Shown here: positions 19,401-32,000 of the stretch, piece by piece
Layout of the letters: the number at the start of each line of letters is the position of its first letter
Numbering within the stretch: the stretch's first letter is position 1
Origin: Candidatus Saccharimonadota bacterium
GTDB lineage: Bacteria; Pseudomonadota; Gammaproteobacteria; Enterobacterales; Enterobacteriaceae
Direction of reading: 5' to 3'
Length of the DNA: 32,000 nt
NCBI RefSeq assembly: GCF_012562765.1
Contig: NZ_CP046226.1
Location: 420,001-452,000 of the forward strand
The notes under the pieces: model-generated
Database searches by the model: none
Seen by the model: the letters and a program-made list of their open reading frames with translations, nothing else
Told to the model about the DNA's origin: nothing
Program-made: the position numbers and the translations under genes

Positions 19401-20042
19401 ATGAGTAACAAAAAAACATTAGATGTTTCTGAAACAAATAATATAAAAAAAAAAGATGATAAAATCGAAAATATTCAAGATGAAATAATTAAAAATAAAA
19501 AAAAAAATAATATAGAAAAAGAAAGTTCTATAGAAAATATTCAAGAAAAAAATAGTTTATATCAACTTCGTATTTTTGAATTGGAAAATAAAATAAAAAA
19601 TTATGAACATAATTTAAGAGATCTTAAACTCCGTTCACAAGCTGAAATAGAAAATATTAGACGTAGATCTCAATTAGACATAGAAAAAATTTATAAATTT
19701 TCATTAGAAAAATTTATTAATGAATTATTACCTGTAATTGATAGTTTAGAAAAAGCTGCAGAAATTAGTTTAGAAAATACTACTATTGAAAAATCTATAA
19801 TTGAAGGAATTCAATTAACTTTAAAATCATTATTAAATACAATAAAAAAATTTGGAATAAATATTATAAATGAAATTAATATTCCTTTTGATCCATCAAA
19901 ACATCAAGCTATGTCTATTATAGAATCTAACGAAATAAAAGATAATTATATAATAAAAGTTATGCAAAAAGGTTATACTTTAAATGAAAGATTATTAAGA
20001 CCTGCAATGGTAATTATTGCAAAAAAAAAAAATATTAATTAA
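19401..20042 (+). CDS. grpE: nucleotide exchange factor GrpE
   Basis: 213 aa. RSQAEIENIRRR, LLPVIDSLEKA and FDPSKHQAMS are GrpE signatures. GGAG lies at 19391-19394, upstream of the ATG. Confidence 0.93.
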   Translation: MSNKKTLDVSETNNIKKKDDKIENIQDEIIKNKKKNNIEKESSIENIQEKNSLYQLRIFELENKIKNYEHNLRDLKLRSQAEIENIRRRSQLDIEKIYKFSLEKFINELLPVIDSLEKAAEISLENTTIEKSIIEGIQLTLKSLLNTIKKFGINIINEINIPFDPSKHQAMSIIESNEIKDNYIIKVMQKGYTLNERLLRPAMVIIAKKKNIN

Positions 20043-20054
20043 TTTATTAAATTT

Positions 20055-20100
20055 ATATGCCCATTATAAAATAATAATAAAAAATTTTTATTGGGCATAT
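20055..20100 (+). terminator. Hairpin downstream of grpE (9-bp stem atatgccca / tgggcatat with a long AT loop)
   Basis: Hand pairing of 20055-20063 with 20092-20100, including four consecutive G:C pairs, which is rare in this intergenic DNA. The 28-nt loop can partly pair. No clear U-tract follows. Confidence 0.35.
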
Positions 20101-20168
20101 TAAAAAAATTCAATAATTTATTTTATAAAATTTTATATTAAATTTTTATTACAAAAGGAAAATTATAT

Positions 20169-20387
20169 ATGTCTAAAATATGTCAAATAACAGGTAAAAA
20201 ACCCATGAAAGGAAATAATCGTTCACATGCAATGAATGCAACTAAAAGAAAATTTTTTCCTAATTTACATTATCATAGATTTTGGTTAAAAAGTAAAAAA
20301 AAATTTATTACTTTACGTATTTCAACAAAAGGAATGCGTCTTATAGATAAAAAAGGTATAGAAAAAGTAATATTAAATTTATTTTAA
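20169..20387 (+). CDS. rpmB: 50S ribosomal protein L28
   Basis: 72 aa. [39 protein letters not shown] closely matches E. coli L28 ([39 protein letters not shown]). Confidence 0.95.
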   Translation: MSKICQITGKKPMKGNNRSHAMNATKRKFFPNLHYHRFWLKSKKKFITLRISTKGMRLIDKKGIEKVILNLF

Positions 20388-20409
20388 TTATAATAAAAGA
20401 GATTGTACT

Positions 20410-20578
20410 TATGGCTAAAAAATCACGTAATATTATTAAATTAATTTCATCAGCTGGTACAGGACATTTTTATACAACAACAAAAAACAAAAAATCTAAT
20501 TCTAAAAAATTAGAACTTAAAAAATTTGACCCTATTATAAGAAAACATATAATATATAAAGAAAGTAAAATTAAATAA
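20410..20578 (+). CDS. rpmG: 50S ribosomal protein L33, reading frame interrupted by a +1 shift at an A7 tract (20518-20524)
   Basis: Not in the ORF track. Frame 0 from the ATG at 20410 gives [38 protein letters not shown], then I and a stop (TGA at 20527-20529). The +1 frame from 20525 gives [17 protein letters not shown] and a stop (TAA at 20576-20578). Joined, they match E. coli L33 ([55 protein letters not shown]) end to end. The gene follows rpmB, as in the rpmBG operon. Confidence 0.85.
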
Positions 20579-20586
20579 TTAATAAT

Positions 20587-20635
20587 AATTAATCAGTAAT
20601 ATTAATTATATATAAAAATATATTATTGATTAATT
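20587..20635. terminator. Hairpin between the convergent genes rpmG and rpmE (16-bp stem, 17-nt loop)
   Basis: Hand pairing of 20587-20602 (aattaatcagtaatat) with 20620-20635 (atattattgattaatt). There is one G:T (G·U) position and one C:G pair. It is AT-rich, so the stability and significance are modest. Confidence 0.35.
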
Positions 20636-20661
20636 AATTTATTTTAAATAAATAATATATT

Positions 20662-20883
20662 TTAACCTAATATTTTAGAATGTTTAAATCGTTTTTTAAA
20701 ACGTTCTACTCTTCCCTTAGTATCTATTATTCTTTGTTTACCAGTATAAAAAGGATGACATAAATTACATACATCTAAATTTATTTTTTTTTTATTTATT
20801 AATGTTGATTTAGTATGTATTATATTACCACAAGAACATTGTGCTATAATATTATCATATTTAGGATGAATATTTTGTTTCAT
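20662..20883 (-). CDS. rpmE: 50S ribosomal protein L31
   Basis: 73 aa. MKQNIHPKY...CSCGN...[16 protein letters not shown]...[10 protein letters not shown] matches E. coli L31, including the Cys motifs. It is divergent from priA, as in E. coli. Confidence 0.95.
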   Translation of the reverse strand: MKQNIHPKYDNIIAQCSCGNIIHTKSTLINKKKINLDVCNLCHPFYTGKQRIIDTKGRVERFKKRFKHSKILG

Positions 20884-21005
20884 TTAATATTACCATTTAA
20901 TTTTTTTGATTTAATTATATGTTTATTATTAATTTTATTGTATATAAATATTATTTTTAATACAACAATAAAAATTATATTTTTTTATAAAATTTTTTAT
21001 ATCTT

Positions 21006-23189
21006 ATGAAAATAATTCAAATAGTACTTAATAATGAAATTCTTTATAAAAAATTTGATTATTTATTACCAGATTCTATGAATATAGTATTAGGAAGTAG
21101 AGTAATAGTTTATATCAAAAATAAAGAATATATTGGAATTGTTATTAATATTAAACATAGTACAAATATTTCTCAAAATAAATTAAAATATTTAAAAGAA
21201 AGTTTAGATAAACATTCATTATTTAATACTTCAATATGGAATATGGCTAATAAAATAGCTGTATATTATCAATATTCTATTGGAGTAATACTTTTTCAAA
21301 TACTTCCTATTTATTTAAGAGAAAAAGTATATTCCCAATATATTTTTTATAATTTATATTGGGTTTTAAATAAAAAATTATTAAATAATAATTTAAAAAA
21401 AATAAAATCGTTAAAAAAAATAATGGCATTAAATATTTTAAAAAAAATTAAAATAAATTATGAAAAGATTTCTTATTATGGTCTAACAAATAGTATAATG
21501 ATATCTTTACAAAAAAAAAATTTTTGTTTTTTACAAAAAAAAAATAACCAGTTACCTATTATAGATAAAAAAAAAACTTTTTGTAATTCAAAAATTTTTA
21601 TAAATAAAAATAACATTTTAAATAAATTTTATAATAAAATAAATATTTTTATTACTTGGATAATCTCAGGAAGTTTAGTTTTTTTTGAAAATATTGATTT
21701 ATATTTAAATATAATAAGAATTATTTTATATAAAAAAAAACAAATACTAATTTTAGTACCTAGAATATATTATATATTATATATTTATAAATTTTTATTA
21801 AAAAAATTAAATGTTTCTATATATTTATTAAATTCTGAAACTTCAAATAAAGAAAATTTTTTTATTTGGAAAAATACAAAAAATGGAAATATTCCAATTA
21901 TTATTGGAACAAGTTATGCTATATTAACATCTTTTTTAAATTTAGGTTTAATTATTGTTAATGAAGAACATGATACAGCATATAAACAAATAAATAAATG
22001 TAGATATAATGCAAGAGATATAGCTATTTTAAGAGCAAAAACAGAAAATATTCCAATAATATTAGGTTCTACAACTTTAAGTTTAGAAACATTAAATAAT
22101 ATAAATATTGGTAAATATAAATTTTTATCTGATAAATATATAAATATATTGTATAATAAATATTATTATTTTAATTTAATAAATATAAATAATAAAAAAT
22201 ATAAAAATGTTTTTTCTAATATACTTTTAAAAAAAATTCAAAAACATTTAAATAATAAAAATAATATAATGTTATGTGTTAATGATATAGGTCAAATAAA
22301 TACTATTTTATGTAAAATATGTTATTATATTTTTCAATGTTCTTTTTGTAAGAATAATTATATTTTTTATAAAAAAAAGAAAAAATTATATTGTTCTTTT
22401 TGTAAAAATACAATTTTAATGATAAAATATTGTTTAAATTGTAAATCGCGTTTTATTTCTGTTATTTTTATAGAAATAGCTCAAATAATGCATTATTTAA
22501 ATAAAATATTTCCTTCTATTTTAATTATATATGTTAATAAAAATAGTATTTTAGAATATGAAAAAAAAATAGATAATAAATCTATTATATTTATAAATTC
22601 ACCATTTTTTATACAAAATAAATTTAATATTTTAAATATTAACCTTATAGTTTTTCTGAAAATAGATAATATTTTTTTTACAAAAAATTTTCGTTATATG
22701 GAATATTTTTCTCAATATTTTTTTAGAATATTAAAAAATAATTTAGAAATATATAAAAAAAAAGAAATAATTATACAAACTAATTATACTCAACATAAAT
22801 TTTTTGATAAATTAATTAATGATTCAGGATATTATAATTTAGCAAAATTTCTTTTAAAAGAAAGAAAATTAATGTTATTACCTCCTTTTAGTAGTCATGT
22901 AATATTAATAGCTGAATCGTATAACATTAATTATATAATAATATTTCTTAATAAATTAAAAGATATATATCTAAATAAATATATTAATGATAAAAATTTT
23001 TTTATTATGGGACCTATTAATTTATTAGAAAATAAAAAAATAATTCGTTTTCGTAAACAAATAATTTTACAACATTTATCAAGAAATGTTTTACATTATA
23101 TTATAAAAAATATTATGCAAATAGTAAAAAAAATTATTTATTTTAATAAAATTAAATTTATAATTGATGTTGACCCTATAGAATATTAA
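21006..23189 (+). CDS. priA: primosomal replication-restart protein PriA (helicase motifs degenerate)
   Basis: 727 aa (E. coli PriA, about 732 aa as I recall). The N-terminus FDYLLPDSM...GSRVIV, IIGTSYAILTSFLNLGLIIVNEEHD.AYKQ, RYNARD.A..RAK.ENIPIILGSTT.SLETL, four CxxC pairs (CKIC, CSFC, CSFC, CLNC), LLPPFSSHVIL, and the C-terminus KFIIDVDPIEY all align with E. coli PriA. It is divergent from rpmE. Confidence 0.85.
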   Translation: MKIIQIVLNNEILYKKFDYLLPDSMNIVLGSRVIVYIKNKEYIGIVINIKHSTNISQNKLKYLKESLDKHSLFNTSIWNMANKIAVYYQYSIGVILFQILPIYLREKVYSQYIFYNLYWVLNKKLLNNNLKKIKSLKKIMALNILKKIKINYEKISYYGLTNSIMISLQKKNFCFLQKKNNQLPIIDKKKTFCNSKIFINKNNILNKFYNKINIFITWIISGSLVFFENIDLYLNIIRIILYKKKQILILVPRIYYILYIYKFLLKKLNVSIYLLNSETSNKENFFIWKNTKNGNIPIIIGTSYAILTSFLNLGLIIVNEEHDTAYKQINKCRYNARDIAILRAKTENIPIILGSTTLSLETLNNINIGKYKFLSDKYINILYNKYYYFNLININNKKYKNVFSNILLKKIQKHLNNKNNIMLCVNDIGQINTILCKICYYIFQCSFCKNNYIFYKKKKKLYCSFCKNTILMIKYCLNCKSRFISVIFIEIAQIMHYLNKIFPSILIIYVNKNSILEYEKKIDNKSIIFINSPFFIQNKFNILNINLIVFLKIDNIFFTKNFRYMEYFSQYFFRILKNNLEIYKKKEIIIQTNYTQHKFFDKLINDSGYYNLAKFLLKERKLMLLPPFSSHVILIAESYNINYIIIFLNKLKDIYLNKYINDKNFFIMGPINLLENKKIIRFRKQIILQHLSRNVLHYIIKNIMQIVKKIIYFNKIKFIIDVDPIEY

Positions 23190-23248
23190 TTTTAAAAATT
23201 TTATTAAATTTATTTTATAAAATATTAAATAATCTAAGGTATTAATCT

Positions 23249-25135
23249 ATGACATATTCTAATAATTTTGATGTAATAGTTATAGGAGGTGGTCATGCTG
23301 GAACAGAAGCTGCAATTGCTAGTTCTAAAATGGGTAAATTTACTCTTTTAATAACAAATAATATTGATACGATAGGTCAAATGTCTTGTAATCCATCTAT
23401 TGGAGGATTAGGAAAAGGACACTTAGTCAAAGAAATTGATGCTTTAAATGGAGTAATGGGAAATGCTATTGATAATTCTGGAATACATTTTAAAATTTTA
23501 AATAAAAGTAAAGGACCTGCTGTAAGAGCTACTAGAGCTCAAGCAGATAGAAGATTATATCAAAGATATATAAAACAAAAATTAGAAAATCAAAATAATT
23601 TATTAATTTTTCAACAAGAAGTAAAAAAAATAATAATTAAAAATTATACGGTTAAAGGATTAATAACTAAAAATAATGATATTTTTTATTCACAATGTGT
23701 TATTATAACAACAGGAACTTTTTTAAATGGTAAAATTTATATAGGAGTAAATAATCAATTTATTGGTGGTAGACTTAATGATTTTTCTTCTTTAGAATTA
23801 TCTAATTTTTTAAAAGAATTACCCTTAAAAGAAGGTAGATTAAAAACTGGTACACCACCTCGTATTGATAAGAGAAGTATTAATTTTAAAAATTTAGAAG
23901 TACAATATGGTGATTATCCTTTACCATTTTTCTCTTTTATCAAAAATAATAAATTTCATTTAAAACAATTACCTTGTTATATTACTTATACAAATAAAAA
24001 TACTCATAAAATTATATTAGATAATATTATTTATAGTCCGATTTATGAAGGAATAATTAAAAGTAATGGTCCAAGATATTGTCCATCTATTGAAGATAAA
24101 GTAGTAAAATTTACTCAAAGAGATTCCCATCAAATTTTTTTAGAACCAGAAGGTTTATATAGTAATGAAATTTATCCTAATGGAATTTCTACAAGTTTAC
24201 CTTTTAATGTTCAACTATCAATTATTAGATCTATTAAAGGATTAGAAAAATCACATATTACTCGTCCAGGATATGCTGTTGAATATAGTTTTTATGATCC
24301 TAGAGGTTTAAAACCTACAATGGAAAGCAAATTTATTAAAGGATTATTTTTAGCTGGACAGATTAATGGTACTACTGGTTATGAAGAAGCTGCTGCACAA
24401 GGATTATTATCTGGAATAAATGCATCGCTTTTAATTGACCATAAAAATGGTTGGTATCCATTAAGAAATGAAGCATATTTAGGTGTTTTAGTAGATGATT
24501 TATGTACTTTAGGAACTAAAGAACCATATCGTATGTTTACTTCTAGAGCAGAATATAGATTGATTTTAAGAGAAAATAATGCTGATATAAGATTAACTGA
24601 AATAGGATATAAATTAGGATTAGTAGATAATAATCGGTGGAAGTTATTTAATCAAAAATTAGAAAATATAGAAAAAGAACGTAATAGATTAAAAAATATT
24701 TATATTAAACCAAATAGTTTAATGAGCTTAAAATTTAATAAATTAACAAATAATATTATAAAAAGAGAAATAAATGGAATTAATTTACTTAAAAGACCAG
24801 AAATTAGTTATAATGATTTAATTAAATTAGATGTATTTTATCCAGGAATTACAGATATAAAAATAATAAATTATATTGAATCAGAATTAAAATATGAAGG
24901 ATATATATTACGTCAGCAAGAAAATATTAATAAACAAAAACGTAATGAAAATACTATAATACCTAAAAACATAGAATTTAAAAATATAAAAGGATTATCT
25001 AATGAAGCAATTGATAAGTTTCAGTATTATAAACCTTATAGTTTAGGACAAGCATCTAGAATACCTGGTATTACACCTTCTAATATTTCTATTCTTTTAA
25101 TTTATTTATTAAAAAATAAATTTATTAAATATTAA
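23249..25135 (+). CDS. mnmG: tRNA uridine 5-carboxymethylaminomethyl modification enzyme MnmG (GidA)
   Basis: 628 aa. [16 protein letters not shown] (FAD-binding), [21 protein letters not shown] and [11 protein letters not shown] are present. It lies directly upstream of the atp operon. Confidence 0.95.
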   Translation: MTYSNNFDVIVIGGGHAGTEAAIASSKMGKFTLLITNNIDTIGQMSCNPSIGGLGKGHLVKEIDALNGVMGNAIDNSGIHFKILNKSKGPAVRATRAQADRRLYQRYIKQKLENQNNLLIFQQEVKKIIIKNYTVKGLITKNNDIFYSQCVIITTGTFLNGKIYIGVNNQFIGGRLNDFSSLELSNFLKELPLKEGRLKTGTPPRIDKRSINFKNLEVQYGDYPLPFFSFIKNNKFHLKQLPCYITYTNKNTHKIILDNIIYSPIYEGIIKSNGPRYCPSIEDKVVKFTQRDSHQIFLEPEGLYSNEIYPNGISTSLPFNVQLSIIRSIKGLEKSHITRPGYAVEYSFYDPRGLKPTMESKFIKGLFLAGQINGTTGYEEAAAQGLLSGINASLLIDHKNGWYPLRNEAYLGVLVDDLCTLGTKEPYRMFTSRAEYRLILRENNADIRLTEIGYKLGLVDNNRWKLFNQKLENIEKERNRLKNIYIKPNSLMSLKFNKLTNNIIKREINGINLLKRPEISYNDLIKLDVFYPGITDIKIINYIESELKYEGYILRQQENINKQKRNENTIIPKNIEFKNIKGLSNEAIDKFQYYKPYSLGQASRIPGITPSNISILLIYLLKNKFIKY

Positions 25136-25255
25136 TAATTTTATTTTTAAAAATAATTTATTATGAATATAAAAATTTAAATTATAAAAAATATTTTTAA
25201 TCTTGTTATATATCAAATTATAAAGTATGTTTTAAAAAATTATAATTATAATTAG

Positions 25256-26098
<843 letters not shown>

Positions 26099-26113
26099 AA
26101 AATTAAAAAATAA

Positions 26114-26380
<267 letters not shown>

Positions 26381-26418
26381 ATTAAATTTTTTTTGAAATA
26401 AATTATATAAATAAAATT

Positions 26419-26895
26419 ATGAATATAAATGCAACTATTATTGGACAAGCTATTACTTTTATTTTAATTGTTATATTTTGTATGTATTATATTTGGCCTC
26501 CAATTATTTTAGCTATTAAAAATAGACAAAAAGAAATTAAAGATAAATTATTATTTATAGATAAAGCAAAAAAAGATATAGCTATAGCTGAAAATAATAT
26601 TTATTTAGAAAAAAATAAGGCACACAAAGAATATAAAATCATTATTAAAAAAGCACAAAAATTAAGTAATAAAATTATTAATGAAGCATACATAGAAAGT
26701 AAAAAAATACATAAAACAATAATTAAAGAAGCTAAAAGAGAAATAGAATATGAATATATATTAGCTCATGAATCTTTAAAAAAAGAAACTGTAAAAATAG
26801 CAATATCTATTGCTGAAAAAATTATTGAAGATACATTAAAAAATAATAAAAATTATGAAAATAATTTATTCAATAGTTTTATTAATAAATTATAA
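26419..26895 (+). CDS. atpF: F0F1 ATP synthase subunit b
   Basis: 158 aa. MNINATIIGQAITFILIVIFCMYYIWPPI matches E. coli b ([29 protein letters not shown]). A long charged helix follows. Confidence 0.87.
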   Translation: MNINATIIGQAITFILIVIFCMYYIWPPIILAIKNRQKEIKDKLLFIDKAKKDIAIAENNIYLEKNKAHKEYKIIIKKAQKLSNKIINEAYIESKKIHKTIIKEAKREIEYEYILAHESLKKETVKIAISIAEKIIEDTLKNNKNYENNLFNSFINKL

Positions 26896-26916
26896 TTTAG
26901 GTATATTATTTATTTT

Positions 26917-27444
26917 ATGAAAAATTATATTGCATCACAATATGCTAAAGCAGCATTTTCTTTTGCTTTAGAACATAATAAAATAAAATATTGGAAAGAA
27001 AGATTAAATTTTTATAGTAATGTAGTAAAAAATCATTATATAAAAAAATTTTTATATTTTAACAATCATGAATATATATCTAATATTCTTATAAAAATAT
27101 CTAATAAAAAATTAGATAAATATTTTATAAATATAATTAAAATTATGTCAAAAAATAAACGTTTATCTATTTTAGATAAAATTTTAATAGAATTTAATTC
27201 TTTAAATATGAATTATAATAATGAAATTAATATAGATATATTATCTAATAATAAATTAAATATAAAACAATTATTAAAAATTAAAAAATTAATAAATAAA
27301 AAATTATCTAAAAAAATTATTATTAATTATAGTAATAATAATAAATTTTTAATTGGAGGTCTTATTATTTCTATTGGAGATAAAATTATAGATAATAGTA
27401 TAAAAAATAAAATTAATAATATAAGTAAAATACTACAAAAATAA
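26917..27444 (+). CDS. atpH: F0F1 ATP synthase subunit delta
   Basis: 175 aa. The N-terminus ASQYAKAAFSFALEH resembles E. coli delta ARPYAKAAFDFAVEH, and the C-terminus GGLIISIGDKIIDNSIKNKI resembles [20 protein letters not shown]. It sits between atpF and atpA. Confidence 0.82.
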   Translation: MKNYIASQYAKAAFSFALEHNKIKYWKERLNFYSNVVKNHYIKKFLYFNNHEYISNILIKISNKKLDKYFINIIKIMSKNKRLSILDKILIEFNSLNMNYNNEINIDILSNNKLNIKQLLKIKKLINKKLSKKIIINYSNNNKFLIGGLIISIGDKIIDNSIKNKINNISKILQK

Positions 27445-27459
27445 GGCAAAAATAATATA

Positions 27460-28998
27460 ATGAAATTACAAGCAACAGAAATTAGTCAATTAATAAAAAA
27501 TAAAATTAATGATTATAATGTATTAAATCAATATTATAATGAAGGAATTATTATTTCTATTGCTGATGGTATTATAAAGATATATGGACTCTCAGATATT
27601 AAAGAAGGAGAAATCATTTCTCTCCCAAAAAATACTTTTGCTATAGCTTTAAATTTAGAAATAGATTTTGTTGGTGCTGTAGTATTAGGATCTTATTTAC
27701 ATCTAACAGAAGGAATGAAAGTTAAAAGTACTGGAAGTCAACTTACTATTCCAGTAGGAAGAAAATTAATGGGAAGAATTATAGATGCCTTAGGAAATCC
27801 TATTGATGGTAAAGGTAATATTGATTATGAATATTTATCTCCTATTGAAGTATCAGCACCATCTGTAATTGATCGTTGTCCAGTTAATGAACCATTACAA
27901 ACAGGATATAAATTTATCGATGCTATTATACCTATTGGTAAAGGACAGAGACAATTAATTATTGGAGATAGACAAACAGGAAAAACTACACTTGCAATTG
28001 ATACTATAATTAATCAAAAAAATACTAATGTGAAATGTATATATGTAGGTATTGGTCAAAAACAAACAACTATTTCTAATATTATTAATATATTAGAATC
28101 ACATGATGTATTAAAAAATACAATTATTATTACTGCATCTGCATCTGATACAGCAATATTACAATATTTAGTTCCATATGCTGGATGTACTATAGGTGAA
28201 TATTTTAGAGATAGGGGAGAAGATGCTTTAATTATATATGATGATTTATCCAAACAATCTATTGCATATAGACAAATATCTTTATTATTAAGACGTCCTC
28301 CTGGAAGAGAAGCATTTCCAGGAGATATTTTTTATATTCATTCTCGTTTATTAGAAAGATCTTCTAGAGTAAATAATTTTTATGTTGAAAAATTTACTAA
28401 AGGTAATATTAAAGGTAAAACAGGTTCTTTAACAGCTTTTCCCATAGTAGAAACTCAAGCTGGTGATATTTCTTCTTTTATACCAACAAATATAATTTCT
28501 ATAACTGATGGACAAATTTTTTTAGATACAAATTTATTTAATAATGGAATAAGACCTGCTATAGATCCTGGAATTTCTGTTTCTAGAGTTGGTAGTAATG
28601 CTCAAAATAATATTATAAAAAAACTATCTTCTAATATAAGATTAATTTTAGCTCAATATAGAGAATTAGCTGCATTTTCTCAATTTTCATCAGAATTAGA
28701 TGATAAAACTAAAAAATATTTAATAGATGGAAAAAAGATAATAGAAATTTTAAAACAAAAACCATATAGACCTTTATCTATAGGAAATCAAGTACTTATA
28801 TTATTTTCAATATATAAAAAATATATTGATACAATAGATTTAAAAAATATTAAAAATTTTGAATCTGATCTAATTAATTATACTAATTTAAATTTTAAAA
28901 ATATTTTATATAAAATTAACGAAAATTGTATTTATAATGAAGATATTGAAAATAAATTAAATTTTATTTTTAATGATTTTTTTTCAAATTTTAAATAA
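27460..28998 (+). CDS. atpA: F0F1 ATP synthase subunit alpha
   Basis: 512 aa. Walker A motif [47 protein letters not shown], and [22 protein letters not shown]. Confidence 0.97.
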   Translation: MKLQATEISQLIKNKINDYNVLNQYYNEGIIISIADGIIKIYGLSDIKEGEIISLPKNTFAIALNLEIDFVGAVVLGSYLHLTEGMKVKSTGSQLTIPVGRKLMGRIIDALGNPIDGKGNIDYEYLSPIEVSAPSVIDRCPVNEPLQTGYKFIDAIIPIGKGQRQLIIGDRQTGKTTLAIDTIINQKNTNVKCIYVGIGQKQTTISNIINILESHDVLKNTIIITASASDTAILQYLVPYAGCTIGEYFRDRGEDALIIYDDLSKQSIAYRQISLLLRRPPGREAFPGDIFYIHSRLLERSSRVNNFYVEKFTKGNIKGKTGSLTAFPIVETQAGDISSFIPTNIISITDGQIFLDTNLFNNGIRPAIDPGISVSRVGSNAQNNIIKKLSSNIRLILAQYRELAAFSQFSSELDDKTKKYLIDGKKIIEILKQKPYRPLSIGNQVLILFSIYKKYIDTIDLKNIKNFESDLINYTNLNFKNILYKINENCIYNEDIENKLNFIFNDFFSNFK

Positions 28999-29021
28999 AA
29001 GAATTTTTTTAGGTAAAATAA

Positions 29022-31315
<2,294 letters not shown>

Positions 31316-31335
31316 TATATTATTGGATAATATTT

Positions 31336-31749
31336 ATGTGTAAAGAATATTTTTTAAATATAATTAATATAGAAAAAAAAATATTTTGTGATTTAGTACA
31401 AAAAATAAAAATTCCAGGAATAGAAGGATATTTAAGTATATATCCTGGTCATATACCTTTATTAACTTTAATAAAACCAGGAATTATATACATTAATCAA
31501 AAAAAATATAATCAATATATTTATATTTCAGGTGGAATATTAGAAATTAAAAGAAAACAAGTTAATATTTTAGCAGATGTTGCCATAAAAAGTTCTGATT
31601 TAAATGAAAAAAAAATTTTACAAAAAAAATATCAAATAGAAAAAAAAATAAATTTTAACAAAAATAATATGATAGCTATAAAAGAATTATCTAAAATTAT
31701 AGCTCAATTAAAAATAATTCAATTAATCAAAAAAAATAATAATAAATAA
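31336..31749 (+). CDS. atpC: F0F1 ATP synthase subunit epsilon
   Basis: 137 aa. GIEGYLSIYPGHIPLLTLIKPG and YISGGILE match E. coli epsilon ([30 protein letters not shown]). It is the last gene of the operon. Confidence 0.9.
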   Translation: MCKEYFLNIINIEKKIFCDLVQKIKIPGIEGYLSIYPGHIPLLTLIKPGIIYINQKKYNQYIYISGGILEIKRKQVNILADVAIKSSDLNEKKILQKKYQIEKKINFNKNNMIAIKELSKIIAQLKIIQLIKKNNNK

Positions 31750-31863
31750 TTTTACTTATATATATTTAATTTTAATATAAAAATATTTTAAAATAATTTT
31801 TTTTATTAATTAATAAAATTATTCTAATTATATTAAAATATAAATATTTTATTAATAAAATAA

Positions 31864-31898
31864 AATTTAATTTAATTTAATTTAATTTAATTTAATTT
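31864..31898. repeat. Pentanucleotide microsatellite (AATTT) x7 in the spacer downstream of atpC
   Basis: Read directly: aattt repeated seven times without interruption, followed by aat. Confidence 0.9.
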
Positions 31899-32000
31899 AA
31901 TACTATTATACAGTATTAATAATTTTTATTAAATTTTTTAATTTTAAATAAAGAATATTATTTATATAATAAATGTATCATATATCAAAAATATTATTTT

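Noticed and set aside
20527-20529. Reassignment of UGA (to Trp) as an explanation for the in-frame TGA in rpmG.
   Set aside because: Reading through in frame 0 gives [13 protein letters not shown], which is unlike L33, whereas the +1 frame matches L33 exactly. All other genes translate to full length with the standard code.
20815-21009. A 64-aa ORF on the plus strand in the ORF track.
   Set aside because: Its 5' third is antisense to rpmE, and the rest covers the rpmE/priA divergent promoter spacer. The Ile/Leu/Phe-rich composition is typical of spurious ORFs in AT-rich DNA.
23190-23248. oriC upstream of mnmG, or elsewhere in the window.
   Set aside because: The spacer is only 59 bp. I found no cluster of DnaA-box-like 9-mers (only isolated 7-of-9 matches, for example near 15925) and no GATC clustering. 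GC skew cannot be computed by eye.
25203-25231. A sigma-70 promoter for the atp operon (TTGTTA-N17-TATGTT).
   Set aside because: It is plausible but indistinguishable from the many chance hexamer matches in this composition. I do not report it as a feature without transcript-start data.
28056-28253. A 65-aa ORF on the minus strand in the ORF track.
   Set aside because: It lies entirely antisense within the highly conserved atpA gene and has no independent support.
31973-32000. A possible start of the next gene (ATG at 31973, MYHISKILF...).
   Set aside because: Only 28 nt are visible. There is no recognisable similarity and no convincing ribosome-binding site, so it cannot be supported.

Overview
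This window is extremely AT-rich (by eye about one-fifth G+C or less, not computed), gene-dense, and translates with the standard code. It reads as conserved core chromosome of a genome-reduced gammaproteobacterial (Enterobacterales-derived) obligate insect endosymbiont. I cannot name the species. tyrA and parC are present and pheA is absent from its ancestral slot, which as I recall Buchnera gene content (pheA kept, tyrA lost) argues against a typical Buchnera. I can support 31 protein genes and one tmRNA. On the minus strand: nuoC (partial), nuoB, nuoA, thrC, thrB, thrA and parC. Then aroF-tyrA (+), bamD (-), rluD, dsbA and a polA reduced to its 5'-3' exonuclease domain (+), engB (-), typA (+). 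Then ssrA, smpB and bamE (-), grpE, rpmB and rpmG (+), rpmE (-), priA and mnmG (+), and the full atpBEFHAGDC operon (+). The order is a patchwork of short E. coli-like synteny blocks joined by clean deletions. I saw no tRNA or rRNA genes, mobile elements, CRISPR arrays, or defence or other accessory cassettes. I do not find a novel multi-gene system here and will not invent one. Five points deserve a second look. (1) rpmG (L33, missing from the ORF track) is split by one extra A in an A7 tract, and the downstream frame is still perfectly L33-like. (2) priA has lost its recognisable ATPase/helicase motifs but keeps all four CxxC zinc-binding pairs and both terminal domains. (3) polA is cut exactly at the end of the 5'-3' exonuclease domain. 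(4) pheA and raiA are missing from their ancestral place between tyrA and bamD, and a perfect 41-bp palindrome sits in the remaining 81-bp spacer. (5) Both lipoproteins, BamD and BamE, have Asn at lipobox position -1. All coordinates outside the ORF track were derived by hand.
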